From Heterodontus francisci (lineage: Eukaryota), in contig NC_090378.1 of the NCBI RefSeq assembly GCF_036365525.1, positions 122,869,593 to 122,933,592 on the forward strand: a DNA stretch of 64,000 nucleotides. The letters run 5' to 3'. Below the pieces are notes generated by a model. The model saw nothing but the letters and a program-made list of their open reading frames with translations, did not search any database and was not told the DNA's origin. Position 1 is the stretch's first letter, and each line of letters starts with the position of its first letter. Shown here piece by piece: positions 8,953-21,400 of the stretch. Both the position numbers and the translations under genes were made by a program.

Positions 8953-11578
8953 ATCCAGTACTCTCAGTAGGTGTGTACGTCTAAGTATGTGTGTATTACA
9001 CAGTGCAGTCATTTGGTGGGTTCCTCTGAGAATGGGTCTGTTACCCAGTACTGTCTGTAGGTGTGTGTCTCTGAGTGTGTGTCTTACCCAGTACTGTCTG
9101 CAGGTGTGTGTCTCTGAGTGTGGGTGTGTTACCCTGTACTGTCTGTAGGTGCGTGTCTCTGAGTATGTGTCTTACCCAGTACTGTCTGCAGGTGTGTGTC
9201 TCTGAGTGTGGGTGTGTTAAACAGTACTGTCTGCAGGTGTGTGTCTCTGAGTGTGGGTGTGTTACCCAGTACTGTCTGTAGGTGCGTGTCTCTGAGTATG
9301 TGTCTTACCCAGTACTGTCTGCAGGTGTGTGTCTCTGAGTGTGGGTGTGTTAAACAGTACTGTCTGCAGGTGTGTGTCTCTGAGTGTGGGTGTGTTACCC
9401 AGTACTGTCTGTAGGTGTGTGTCTCTGAGTGTGGGTGTGTTAAACAGTACTGTCTGCAGGTGTGTGTCTCTGAGTGTGGGTGTGTTAAACAGTACTGTCT
9501 GCAGGTGTGTGTCTCTGAGTATGGGTCTGTTACCCAGTACTGTCTGTAGGTGTGTGTCTCTGAGTTTGAGTGTGTTACCCAGTACTGTCTGTAGGTGTGT
9601 GTCTCTGAGTTTGAGTGTGTTACCCAGTACTGTCTGCAGGTGTGTATCTCTGATTGTGGGTGAGTTACCCAGTTCTGTCGGTAGGTGTGTATCTCTGAGT
9701 GTGGGTGTGCTACCCAGTTCTGTCTGGAGATGTGTATCTCTGAGTTTGGGTGTGTTAGCCTGTACTGTCTGTAGGTGTGTGTTTCTGAGTGTGGGTGTGT
9801 TACCCAGTACTGTCTGTAGGTGTGTGTCTCTGAGTTTGAGTGTGTTACCCAGTACTGTCTATAGGTGTGTATCTCTGATTGTGGGTGAGTTACCCAGTTC
9901 TGTCGGTAGGTGTGTATCTCTGAGTGTGGGTGTGTTACCCAGTTCTGTCTGGAGGTGTGTATCTCTGAGTGTGGGTGTGTTACCCAGTACTGTCCTTAGG
10001 TGTGTATCTCTGAGTGTGGGTGTGTTACCCAGTTCTGTCTGTAGGTGTGTATCTCTGAGTGTGGGTGTGTTACCCAGTACTGTCTGTCGGTGTGTATCTC
10101 TGAGTGTGGGTGTGTTACCCAGTACTGTCTGTAGGTGTGTGTCTCTGAGTTTGAGTGTGTTACCCAGTACTGTCTGTAGGTGTGTGTCTCTGAGTGTGAG
10201 TGTGTTACCCTGTACTGTCTGTAGGTGTGTGTCTCTGAGTGTGAGTGTGTTACCCAGTACTGTCTGCAGGTGTGTGTCTCTGAGTGTGAGTGTGTTACCC
10301 AGTACTGTCTGTAGGTGTGTGTCTCTGAGTGTGAGTGTGTTACCCAGTACTGTCTGTAGGTGTGTGTCTCTGAGTTTGAGTGTGTTACCCAGTACTGTCT
10401 GTAGGTGTGTGTCTCTGAGTGTGAGTGTGTTACCCAGCACTGTCTGTAGGTGTGTGTCTCTGAGTTTGAGTGTGTTACCCAGTACTGTCTGTAGGTGTGT
10501 GTCTCTGAGTTTGAGTCTGTTACCCAGTACTGTCTGTAGGTGTGTGTCTCTGAGTTTGAGTGTGTTACCCAGTACTGTCTGTAGGTGTGTGTCTCTGAGT
10601 TTGAGTGTGTTACCCAGTACTGTCTGTAGGTGTGTATCTCTGAGTGTGGGTGTGTTACCCAGTACTGTCTGTAGATGTGTGTCTCTGAGTTTGAGTGTGT
10701 TACCCAGTACTGTCTGTAGGTGTGTGTCTCTGAGTTTGAGTGTGTTACCCAGTACTGTCTGTAGGTGTGTATCTCTGAGTTTGAGTGTGTTACCCAGTAC
10801 TGTCTGTAGGTGTGTGTCTCTGAGTTTGAGTGTGTTACCCAGTACTGTCTGTAGGTGTGTGTCTCTGAGTTTGAGTGTGTTACCCAGAACTGTCTGTCGG
10901 TGTGTGTCTCTGAGTTTGAGTGTGTTACCCAGTACTGTCTGTAGGTGTGTATCTCTGAGTTTGAGTGTGTTACCCAGTACTGTCTGTAGGTGTGTGTCTC
11001 TGAGTTTGAGTGTGTTACCCAGTACTGTCTGTAGGTGTGTGTCTCTGAGTTTGAGTGTGTTACCCAGTACTGTCTGTAGGTGTGTGTCTCTGAGTTTGAG
11101 TGTGTTACCCAGAACTGTCTGTCGGTGTGTGTCTCTGAGTTTGAGTGTGTTACCCAGTACTGTCTGTAGGTGTGTATCTCTGAGTTTGAGTGTGTTACCC
11201 AGTACTGTCTGTAGGTGTGTGTCTCTGAGTTTGAGTGTGTTACCCAGTACTGTCTGTAGGTGTGTGTCTCTGAGTTTGAGTGTGTTACCCAGTACTGTCT
11301 GTCGGTGTGTGTCTCTGAGTTTGAGTGTGTTACCCAGTACTGTCTGTAGGTGTGTGTCTCTGAGTTTGAGTGTGTTACCCAGTACTGTCTGTAGGTGTGT
11401 GTCTCTGAGTTTGAGTGTGTTACCCAGTACTGTCTGTAGATGTGTGTCTCTGAGTGTGAGTGTGTTACCCAGTACTGTCTGTAGGTGTGTGTCTCTGAGT
11501 GTGAGTGTGTTACCCAGTACTGTCTGTAGGTGTGTGTCTCTGAGTTTGAGTGTGTTACCCAGTACTGTCTGTAGGTGT
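8953..11578. repeat. 45-bp minisatellite, right sub-array (about 58 copies)
   Basis: Unit TGTGTGTCTCTGAGT(T/G)TG(A/G)GTGTGTTACCCAGTACTGTCTGTAGG. Confidence 0.97.
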
Positions 11579-11675
11579 GGCTGCTACGTTTTGAAGATGC
11601 AATGGCACGTTTCACTATCACAGACGTCACAAGGAAAAAGGCCTTACTTTGACACTTGGAGGTGAAGAATTAGAA
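11578..11675 (+). mobile_element. Gypsy LTR-retrotransposon gag N-terminal fragment
   Basis: Hand translation WLLRFEDAMARFTITDVTRKKALL*H/GGEELE resembles the W..RFE......I.D..RKKALLLH..G pattern of Ty3/Gypsy gag. Confidence 0.55.
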
Positions 11676-12872
11676 TATGGTTTTCCAGCATACGGCCCAT
11701 GGGCCAGACTTCAGCCCTGCAAAGCACTTCGGTGGGCAGCTCTATTTTTGTGAGGATCCCCGACCCACACAACGTGGCTGTGCCCAGCGGGAGAGTGTCA
11801 TTCACATCCTGTCTCTGGAATCCACATTGATGGAGAATGAACAGATGGGGAATGGGCAGCAGAGACAGGGGAACCGGGATTGGAGAGCGGGGAGTGGAAA
11901 GCGTGGAGTGGAGCGTGGAGTGGGGAGTGGAGAACGGACAGTGGGGAGTGGAGAGCGTGGAGTGGGGAGTGGAGAACGGACAGTGGGGAGTGGAGAGCGT
12001 GGAGTGGAGAACGGACAGTGGGGAGTGGGGAGCGTGGAGTGGAGAACGGACAGTGGGGAGTGGAGAGCGTGGAATGGGGAGTGGAGAAAGGACAGTGGGG
12101 AGTGGAGAGCGTGGAGTGGGAATGGAGAACGGACAGTGGGGAGTAGAGGCGTGGAGTGGGGAGTGGAGAACGGACAGTGGGGAGTGGAGAGCGTGGAGTG
12201 GGGAGTGGAGTGTGGGTAGTGGGGAGAGGAGAGTGGGCAGTGGAGAGTGGGCAGTGGAGAGTGGGAAGTGGAGGGTGGGGAGCAGGGATCAGGGACTGGG
12301 GAGCAGGCAGTGAGGAGGAGGGAGTGAGAGACAAACAGAGAAAGAGAGCAGGGAGTAAGAGAAAGAAGGGGCAGCGAGAGAGGGAGAGAGAGAGACAGAG
12401 AGAGGGGATAGTGGGACAGACAGAGGGAGACTGATAGAGAGAGTGGGGAGACAGAGGTAGGGGAGAGGGTGGGACTGAGAGGGGGAGAGAGAGATGGAGG
12501 GGGGAAAGAGAGACAGAGAGATACAGAGAGCAAGAGGAGAGAGGAAGAAAGATCAATATCTCTCTGACACATGGACATCATTCTGGAATACACTGCATCG
12601 CTACGTCAAGTGTGTGGGCAGAGATTGAGTATTAATGCAAGCAAAAACAATGTCAGGTAGGTCACTAAATCAATGTTCAACATAGTAATGAGAAAGTAAG
12701 TCAATAAATTACTTCTCATTTAAAGCTTCTTCATAAAAATGCACATTTGTTATAGTTTTCATACAAGGATACATTTTTAATGCCTTTATCGTCCGAAATG
12801 TTCTCACTGGCCCCCTACTGGAGGGTAAAAATTGTAATCTGGCCCCTGACACGAAAAGGTTGGACATCCCTG
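11676..12872. mobile_element. Degenerate hAT (Charlie-like) non-autonomous element carrying G-rich internal repeats
   Basis: Right end ...TGGCCCC...AAAAGGTTGGACATCCCTG; left end decayed (TATGGTTTTCCAGCATACGGCCCATGGGCCAGA); no matching target-site duplication. Confidence 0.55.
11877..12550 (+). repeat. G-rich heptamer-based repeat (GGGGAGT/GGAGAAC/GGACAGT/GGAGAGC) followed by a GA-rich polypurine tract
   Basis: Directly visible; 35/42-bp super-periods. Confidence 0.9.
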
Positions 12873-14373
12873 CTATCAAATCACGAAAGTGAAAAGACGT
12901 GATCGAGAAATGTCTACAGATTAATTCTGACACACTACAAGATCTTCACACCAATGTTCGAAATGAGCTCACTGTTACAACTACATCTGATCTCATATTA
13001 CACAACAACTGTATGGTCATTCCACACTCATTAAGAGAATGTGTTGTTGATAAAGGACACCAGGGAATAGTCAATAGCAAACAACTCCTTAGGCAAATGG
13101 TTTGGGTTCCAGGAATGAACTGCATGGTGGAGATAAAATCAATCAGTGTTTACCATGTCAACTACCCACAATGTCAAATCTTCATGATCCTCTCGTGATG
13201 TCTGAACTACCTCCAGGACCAGGGATTGTGTCAGTGTTGATTTCACAGATTTACCCACAGGTGAACACCTGCTTGTTGTCACTGACGACTACAGCAGATT
13301 CCCAATCGTGGAATTAGTTAAGTCAACTCCAACAAAAGCAGTGATTCCAAAGCTTGACCAGATCTTTACCTTGTTTGGAATCCCTCAAACAGTAAGAAGT
13401 GACAATGAACCCCCATTCAACAGCAATGAGTTCAGTAAATTCACAAACTACCTAGTGTTCACTCATAGGGAAATCACACCCCATTGGCCAAGAGCTAATG
13501 GAGAAGTCGAGACATTTATGTGAACCTTGAAAATAGTGATACGTACAGCTACAGCTGTGAACAAGTCATGGGAGCAAGAGTTATATCACTTTCTTCATAA
13601 TTACAGAGTGACTCCAAACTCAACTACTGGAAAACCTCCAGTCACTCTCATCTTTACACATCCTCTGTGCACACGTCTTCCTCAATTACCCTACGGAGAT
13701 AATGATCAACATATACATCAACACGATCGATATCAGAAGGATAGATTGAAGGTAAATGCAGAACGAAACATGAAACTTCGAGGCTACACCATTAAAGCCA
13801 GGAGATAAAGTACTTGTGAAACGTGATGGTCATGTTGGAAAACAAACAACCCCTTATAACATCCAACCATTTGTTGTGACCAACACAAAAGGATCAATGA
13901 TCACTGCTGAGCACGATTCACAAATTATCACAAGAAACGTGTCATTCTTCAAACACTGAAAACACCTCTCGTAAACATTGAATCCGATTTCAGCATCAAC
14001 ACCTCCGATGAAGAACATGAGTTAAATGAGACTTCACCTGATGTCAGACAATATCCTACTTGTGAGAGAAAATGCCCATCATACATCGGTGACTAAATAA
14101 CGAAGTGAACTATTTATGTGTAAGTTTATACTTTACATTTTTGGAAACAAACCATTGACACATACTACATCTCTCATTTACTGAGAAGGGGAGGAATGTC
14201 GTGTTGCAGTGTTTTGAAATTGCATTGTACATTTTGTTAACTTGAAGCCACTGTAGAACACACAGGCTAGCAAAGGGAAAGTGGAATTAAAACAGAATAA
14301 AGAAGAAGCCTTTGTGTTTAACAGCCTGCAGTCTCAGTCTCACATATCTCATCCTAAACTCGGCTAAACCTCA
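12873..14373 (+). mobile_element. Gypsy LTR-retrotransposon integrase relic with PPT and probable 3' LTR
   Basis: GHQGIV..KQLLRQMVWVPGM, CLPCQ, VRSDNEPPFNS, PRANGEVETF, YRVTPNSTTGKPP. Polypurine tract GAGAAGGGGAGGAA 14183-14196, then TGT at 14197 and AATAAA at 14296. LTR end uncertain. Confidence 0.85.
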
Positions 14374-14377
14374 CTAA

Positions 14378-14812
14378 GTCCCGAGGACATCACTCTCCAT
14401 TGGGCTGGAGTGGGCTGTGAGTGATTGGGCAGTGGAGAGGATCGTCACCCTCTTGGCATCGTGAGGGCAGAAGAACAGGGGGCGAGGCTGCCACAGACAA
14501 TTGGGTGGCCATGTGACCAGCGGGAAGGCAGCCAGGCCTCTGGCTTTGCTGGACCATTATGTAAATCAAGTGCTCTGTGTTCTCCCACTCTGCAGTATGA
14601 GCACTCAAACAGCGGCCACAGGAATGGCTGCCGTGGTGAGTTTAAATTGGACTCACACTTGAGCTGCCCCCCAAAACCCCCGTTCCTGCATTAATTAACT
14701 GGTCACCACTGTGAAACCCGGAACTCATTTCTGTTTCCCCCCCAGGGACGGGTTTGGGACCCGGAAACAGTCCCGACGTCCATTTCCTGCCCCCGATATG
14801 AAAATCCAGCCC
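14378..14812. mobile_element. Probable PIF/Harbinger-type MITE fragment
   Basis: GC-rich block ending in AAAATCCAGCCC (reverse complement GGGCTGGATTTT), a Harbinger-like terminus; the opposite end was not found. Confidence 0.4.
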
Positions 14813-15324
14813 CATCCACCTGATTGGACAGATTCAAAGAGGGAAGTCTGGGGAAAATGGGCACAGAGTAATGAGGCAAAAATACATTCACACTTTGGAG
14901 AGGAAAGGGAGATTAGTGATGGGGTAGTTTACAAGGACACATTGGTTGAGTGTGGATTTTTTGAGGAGATGGTGATGATGATGATTTTGAGAGCGAGGGG
15001 GTCATTACCTGTGGAAAGCCCGAACCTCTGATACCTGAACTCTCCCAGTGAAGCTTTCCCTTGGCTACTTTATCTCTCTCATCATGGCTCCAAACTGTAA
15101 TCTGAATAATTCCAACGGTTTTCCCTCTGTTTCCTTGTTTTCCTTATTATTCCAAACATATTCCCCTCTGAGTCAGGAATATTTACCTGATCGATGTTGT
15201 AATTTTTCTGTCACTACTTTCCATTAATGTCATCAGCTTTTACCATCGAATCCGAGAATCACACAACACTGAAGGAGGCCATTCAGCCCCTCGGGCCTGT
15301 TGTTGGAATCTGCTTTGATCTACA

Positions 15325-15677
15325 TTTTTTAAATTCTTTCTTGGGATGTGGGTGCCGCTGGCCAGGCCAGCATTTATTGCCCATCCCTAATTGCCCGTGA
15401 GAAGGTGGTGGTGAGCTGCCTTCTTGAACTGCTGCAGTCCGTGTGGTGCAGGTGAACCCACAGAGCTGTTAGGAAGGGAGTTCCAGGATTTTGACCCAGT
15501 GACAGTGAAGGAACAGCAATATACTTCCAGGTCAGGATGGTGTGTGGATTGGAGGGGAAATTACAGGTGGTGCTGTTCCCATGTATTTGCTGCCCTTGTC
15601 CTTCTTGGTGGTAGAGGTCGTGGGTTTGGAAGGTTCTGTCTAAGGAGACTTGGTGCGTTGCTGCAGTGCATCTTGTT
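15325..15677 (-). mobile_element. 3' fragment of the second CR1/L2-group LINE family
   Basis: Reverse complement of the 3' end seen at 4770-5034 and 23570-23909. Confidence 0.85.
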
Positions 15678-18482
15678 TATTTGGAAGGAAGCCTTTATAC
15701 CCCAGGCCCCTTTTATTTTGCTGAGGGGGCCTTTATTCCTCAGGTCCCCTTTAAAATGCATTTTATAAAATAACTTTATTAAAAACAGATAAATAGAACA
15801 AAAATCTGATTAAAATGCCATTCTCAGCATTGATGATGCACTCCAGCCCCTGCGATGACCACCGGTCGCAGAAGGCCTCGATCGAACCCGCGGACACCGC
15901 ATGCTCCTTCTGCAGGGCCACCCAAGCGAGAACATAACCTGGGAAGAGGAGCAGGCAATCAGGGCGGATGGACCCCCTGACGGTCCGCAGCCTGGACCTG
16001 TGAATTGCCACCTTGGCCAGGCCCAGGAGCAGACCGATGAGGAGATCCTTCCCCCGGCCCACGCCCCTCCGCCCCGGGTGGCCAAAGATCAGGAGCGTGG
16101 GACTGAAGTGCAGCCAAAACTTGAGGAGCAGCCCCTTCAAATACTCAAAGAGGGGCAGCAACCTCGCACATTCCATATAAACATGGAACACAAACTTGTC
16201 CAGGCTGCAGAAATTACAGGCGGCCTGGGGGTCCGTGAACCTACTTAAAAGACTAGTGCATGGGACTGCCCTGTGCAGCACCCTCCACCCCAGGTCCCTA
16301 ATGTAAATGGGGAAGACTCCTGCTTAGAGAGACCCCCACTGTGGTTTCCCCTCGCTGCCAGATGTCAACACGGACTGCCAGGCCGTGTCCGGCCCGCTGA
16401 CGAGGGCAAGGAAGTAGAGAGTGTGCAGGAATAGCCTGTACAGGAAACACCTCCATGCCGATTGGAATGACACAGAGGGCATTTCCAAGAAGCGGCTTGG
16501 TTTGTGCGCGACCGGCTCCCGAGGATGGTTTTGGGGCCTGGGTCCGATGAGCAGTTCCGCCGAATGGGGCTCAGTTCTGCTGGGAACGCTTCGCTCTCCC
16601 GTGTCCCCTCGCAACCTGCAATGAGGGGCGTCCCAGAGGCTTCAGCTATTCCTTCACCCATTGGTCCGTCGCCGGAGCTGGCCACCAGGACAGCCGAGGC
16701 GTTCCCCTCCGCCAACGAGGGAACGCGCTGACTGGAGGCGACCATGTTCCAGACTCTGAATAGATCCCGGTAAAAGACAGGCAACTCCCTCAGAGAGGCA
16801 CAGCTAACGTTCTCCACTGGGAGCTGCGTGTTGTCTTGAAGGCAGTGCCCTTGGCAGCACACCCCATCTGGGAGGCAGCTCCGCGTACAGGGTTTGAAGG
16901 TGGAGCTTCACAGCCTGGGTCCGGACGCACGCCAGCGACTGGCCGCCCTCCTCAATTGGGAGACTCAGGACCGCAGCAGAGACCCAGTGTTTCCTCTTGC
17001 CCCAGAAGAAATCGACAAGCTTCTTCTGGATCTTGGTGGCAAATGCAGGGGGCGGAGCCAAAATGGCCAACCATACCACAGCATCAAGGCCACCAGTTGG
17101 TTTATGACCAGCGCACGGCCCCTGTCGGAAAGCACTCGGAGCAGTCCTGTCCAGCGCCCCAGCCAACTGGTGACTTTCGCCTCCAATTCCTGCCACTTTG
17201 CCGGCCAGGCTTCCTCAGCGGGGCTAAGTTGGAGTCCCAGATAGAGGAGGTGCATGGTGCTCCACGCAAAAGGTGTCAACTCCTCCGGCAGTGAGTCGAC
17301 CTGCCACTGACCCACCAGGAATCTGGAATATTTCTCCCAACTGATCCTTGGGGAGGACGTGGGAAAGGTCTGCCGGCAGTCACGCATCCTCCGCAAGTCA
17401 ATGGGACCTATGATCGTGAGGAGCACGTCATCGGCGTAAGCCAAGAGGACAACCCGCATGGCCAGCCCTTCAACCTCCTGTGAAGCAAGCAAAGGAATGG
17501 CTCCACACAGATGGTGTACAATTGGCTGGAAATGAGGCATCCCTGGCGCACTCCTCTCCCAAAGCGAAGGGGCGCCGTCAAGGACCAGTTAACTTTGACT
17601 AGACACTCTGCAGCGACGTATAAAAGTCGTACCCGGGCCACAAAATGCGGCCCAAATCTGAATGCGTGCAGAGTCCTGAAAAGGTATTCTTGATCCACCC
17701 TGTCGAACGCCTTCTCCTGATCAAGGGAGAGAAAGGCGATCAACAGAGCAATCCTCTGGAAAAGCTGGATCAGGTCTCGGACGAGGAGGATGTTGTCCTG
17801 GATGGACCGGCCCGGAATATTGTAGAACTGGTCGGGGTGGATCATATGGGCCAGCACAGAGCCCAGGCTGGTACTGAGGACGGAGACCGGACTTTAAGCA
17901 AGTGGAGATTGCGCCTCTTCAGCAGCAGGACGATGACCGACCTGCACCACGAGAGGGGCATCTCGCCGGTCGCCTGCATTTCCACCAACACCCACACGTA
18001 ATCGTCCCCCAGAACCCATGCATAATCGTCCCCCAGGATGTCCCAGAACATCCTGAGGAACTCCACGGTCAGCCCATCCAGCCCCAGGGAGTTGCCCTTC
18101 GCGAGCTGGTGCAGGGCACCAACGTGAGAGGGGTCTCCAATCCTTTGGCACCGTCCGGGCTGACCTGCGGCAGGTCCTCCCACAAAACTCTGCTTGCATC
18201 GTCGTTGGATGGATCCGGAGAGAATAACACACTGTAATAGGGGCGGACCAGGAGGCCCATTCCCTCCGGATTCGTGATGGAAGATCCGTCATCAGACAGC
18301 AGCTCAACAAGCTGCTTAATGACGCCCTGCCATTTTTCCAGCGAGTAGAAGAAGGGTCATGCGTGGTCCAAATCTTCCAGTATCTGGATCCACGACCTCA
18401 TGTACACGCCTCGGACTCTACGAGCTGCAGGTCCCTCAGCGCGCCCTTCTTCTCTTTGTACACCTGCCACTGGGCCGGGTCC
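15678..18482 (-). mobile_element. Tx1-type (L1 clade) non-LTR retrotransposon, decayed ORF2, 5'-truncated at the 34-bp array
   Basis: GLDGLTVEF, IHPDQ..IPGRSIQDNI, FLSLDQEKAFDRVDQEYL, GVRQGC, LAYADDVLL, GRALVINQLVA, GGQSLAC and C-terminal CNFC...HVYMEC. GC/CpG-rich; multiple frameshifts. Confidence 0.92.
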
Positions 18483-21400
18483 ATCTGGACATTGTGTTCT
18501 CCCCCAGGACAGCTCCATCTGGACATTGTGTTCTCCCCCAGGGCAGCTCCATCTGGACATTGTGTTCTGTCCCAGGGCAGCTCCATCTGGACATTGTGTT
18601 CTGTCCCAGGGCAGCTCCATCTGGACATTGTGTTCTGTCCCAGGGCAGCTCCATCTGGACATTGTGTTCTGTCCCAGGGCAGCTCCATCTGGACATTGTG
18701 TTCTGTCCCAGGGCAGCTCCATCTGGACATTGTGTTCTGTCCCAGGGCAGCTCCATCTGGACATTGTGTTCTGTCCCAGGGCAGCTCCATCTGGACATTG
18801 TGTTCTGTCCCAGGGCAGCTCCATCTGGACATTGTGTTCTGTCCCAGGGCAGCTCCATCTGGACATTGTGTTCTGTCCCAGGACAGCTCCATCTGGACAT
18901 TGTGTTCTCCCCCAGGGCAGCTCCATCTGGACATTGTGTTCTGTCCCAGGGCAGCTCCATCTGGACATTGTGTTCTGTCCCAGGGCAGCTCCATCTGGAC
19001 ATTGTGTTCTGTCCCAGGGCAGCTCCATCTGGACATTGTGTTCTCCCCCAGGGCAGCTCCATCTGGACATTGTGTTCTGTCCCAGGGCAGCTCCATCTGG
19101 ACATTGTGTTCTGTCCCAGGGCAGCTCCATCTGGACATTGTGTTCTGTCCCAGGGCAGCTCCATCTGGACATTGTGTTCTGTCCCAGGGCAGCTCCATCT
19201 GGACATTGTGTTCTGTCCCAGGGCAGCTCCATCTGGACATTGTGTTCTGTCCCAGGGCAGCTCCATCTGGACATTGTGTTCTGTCCCAGGGCAGCTCCAT
19301 CTGGACATTGTGTTCTCCCCCAGGGCAGCTCCATCTGGACATTGTGTTCTGTCCCAGGGCAGCTCCATCTGGACATTGTGTTCTCCCCCAGGGCAGCTCC
19401 ATCTGGACATTGTGTTCTGTCCCAGGGCAGCTCCATCTGGACATTGTGTTCTTCCCCAGGGCAGCTCCATCTGGACATTGTGTTCTCCCCCAGGGCAGCT
19501 CCATCTGGACATTGTGTTCTGTCCCAGGGCAGCTCAATCTGGACATTGTGTTCTGTCCCAGGGCAGCTCCATCTGGACATTGTGTTCTCCCCCAGGACAG
19601 CTCCATCTGGACATTGTGTTCTCCCCCAGGGCAGCTCCATCTAGACATTGTGTTCTCCCCCAGGGCAGCTCCATCTGGACATTGTGTTCTCCCCCAGGAC
19701 AGCTCCATCTGGACATTGTGTTCTCCCCCAGGGCAGCTCCATCTGGACATTGTGTTCTGTCCCAGGACAGCTCCATCTGGACATTGTGTTCTTCCCCAGG
19801 GCAGCTCCATCTGGACATTGTGTTCTCCCCCAGGGCAGCTCCATCTGGACATTGTGTTCTCCCCCAGGGCAGCTCCATCTGGACATTGTGTTCTCCCCCA
19901 GGGCAGCTCCATCTGGACATTGTGTTCCGTCCCAGGGCAGCTCCATCTGGACATTGTGTTCTGTCCCAGCGCAGCTCCATCTGGACATTGTGTTCCGTCC
20001 CAGGGCAGCTCCATCTGGACATTGTGTTCTGTCCCAGAGCAGCTCCATCTGGACATTGTGTTCCGTCCCAGGGCAGCTCCATCTGGACATTGTGTTCCGT
20101 CCCAGGGCAGCTCCATCTGGACATTGTGTTCCGTCCCAGGGCAGCTCCATCTGGACATTGTGTTCACCCCCAGGGCAGCTCCATCTGGACATTGTGTTCC
20201 GTCCCAGGGCAGCTCCATCTGGACATTGTGTTCTGTCCCAGCGCAGCTCCATCTGGACATTGTGTTCACCCCCAGGGCAGCTCCATCTGGACATTGTGTT
20301 CCGTCCCAGGGCAGCTCCATCTGGACATTGTGTTCTGTCCCAGCGCAGCTCCATCTGGACATTGTGTTCTTCCCCAGGGCAGCTCCATCTGGACATTGTG
20401 TTCCGTCCCAGGGCAGCTCCATCTGGACATTGTGTTCTGTCCCAGCGCAGCTCCATCTGGACATTGTGTTCACCCCCAGGGCAGCTCCATCTGGACATTG
20501 TGTTCTGTCCCAGGGGAGCTCCATCTGGACATTGTGTTCTGTCCCAGGGCAGCTCCATCTGGACATTGTGTTCTGTCCCAGGGCAGCTCCATCTGGACAT
20601 TGTGTTCACCCCCAGGGCAGCTCCATCTGGACATTGTGTTCACCCCCAGGGCAGCTCCAACTGGACATTGTGTTCTTCCCCAGGGCAGCTCCATCTAGAC
20701 ATTGTGTTCTGTCCCAGGGCAGCTCCATCTGGACATTGTGTTCTGTCCCAGGGCAGCTCCATCTGGACATTGTGTTCTTCCCCAGGACAGCTCCATCTGG
20801 ACATTGTGTTCTGTCCCAGGGCAGCTCCATCTGGACATTGTGTTCTGTCCCAGGGCAGCTCCATCTGGACATTGTGTTCACCCCCAGGGCAGCTCCATCT
20901 GGACATTGTGTTCACCCCCAGGGCAGCTCCAACTGGACATTGTGTTCTTCCCCAGGGCAGCTCCATCTAGACATTGTGTTCTGTCCCAGGGCAGCTCCAT
21001 CTGGACATTGTGTTCTGTCCCAGGGCAGCTCCATCTGGACATTGTGTTCTTCCCCAGGACAGCTCCATCTGGACATTGTGTTCTGTCCCAGGGCAGCTCC
21101 ATCTGGACATTGTGTTCTGTCCCAGGGCATTTCCATCTGGACATTGTGTTCTCCCCCAGGGCAGCTCCATCTGGACATTGTGTTCTGTCCCAGGGCAGCT
21201 CCATCTGGACATTGTGTTCTGTCCGAGGGCAGCTCCATCTGGACATTGTGTTCTGTCCCATAGCAGCTCCATCTGGACATTGTGTTCCGTCCCAGGGCAG
21301 CTCCATCTGGACATTGTGTTCTCCCCCAGGGCAGCTTCATCTTGACATTGTGTTCTCCCCCAGTGCAGCTCCATTTGGACATTGTGTTCTCCCCCAGGGC

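Noticed and set aside
7104-11665. Cys-rich ORFs ([15 protein letters not shown]) as keratin-associated or metallothionein-like proteins
   Set aside because: Translation of a TG-rich 45-bp minisatellite; interrupted by a CR1; starts are mostly non-ATG.
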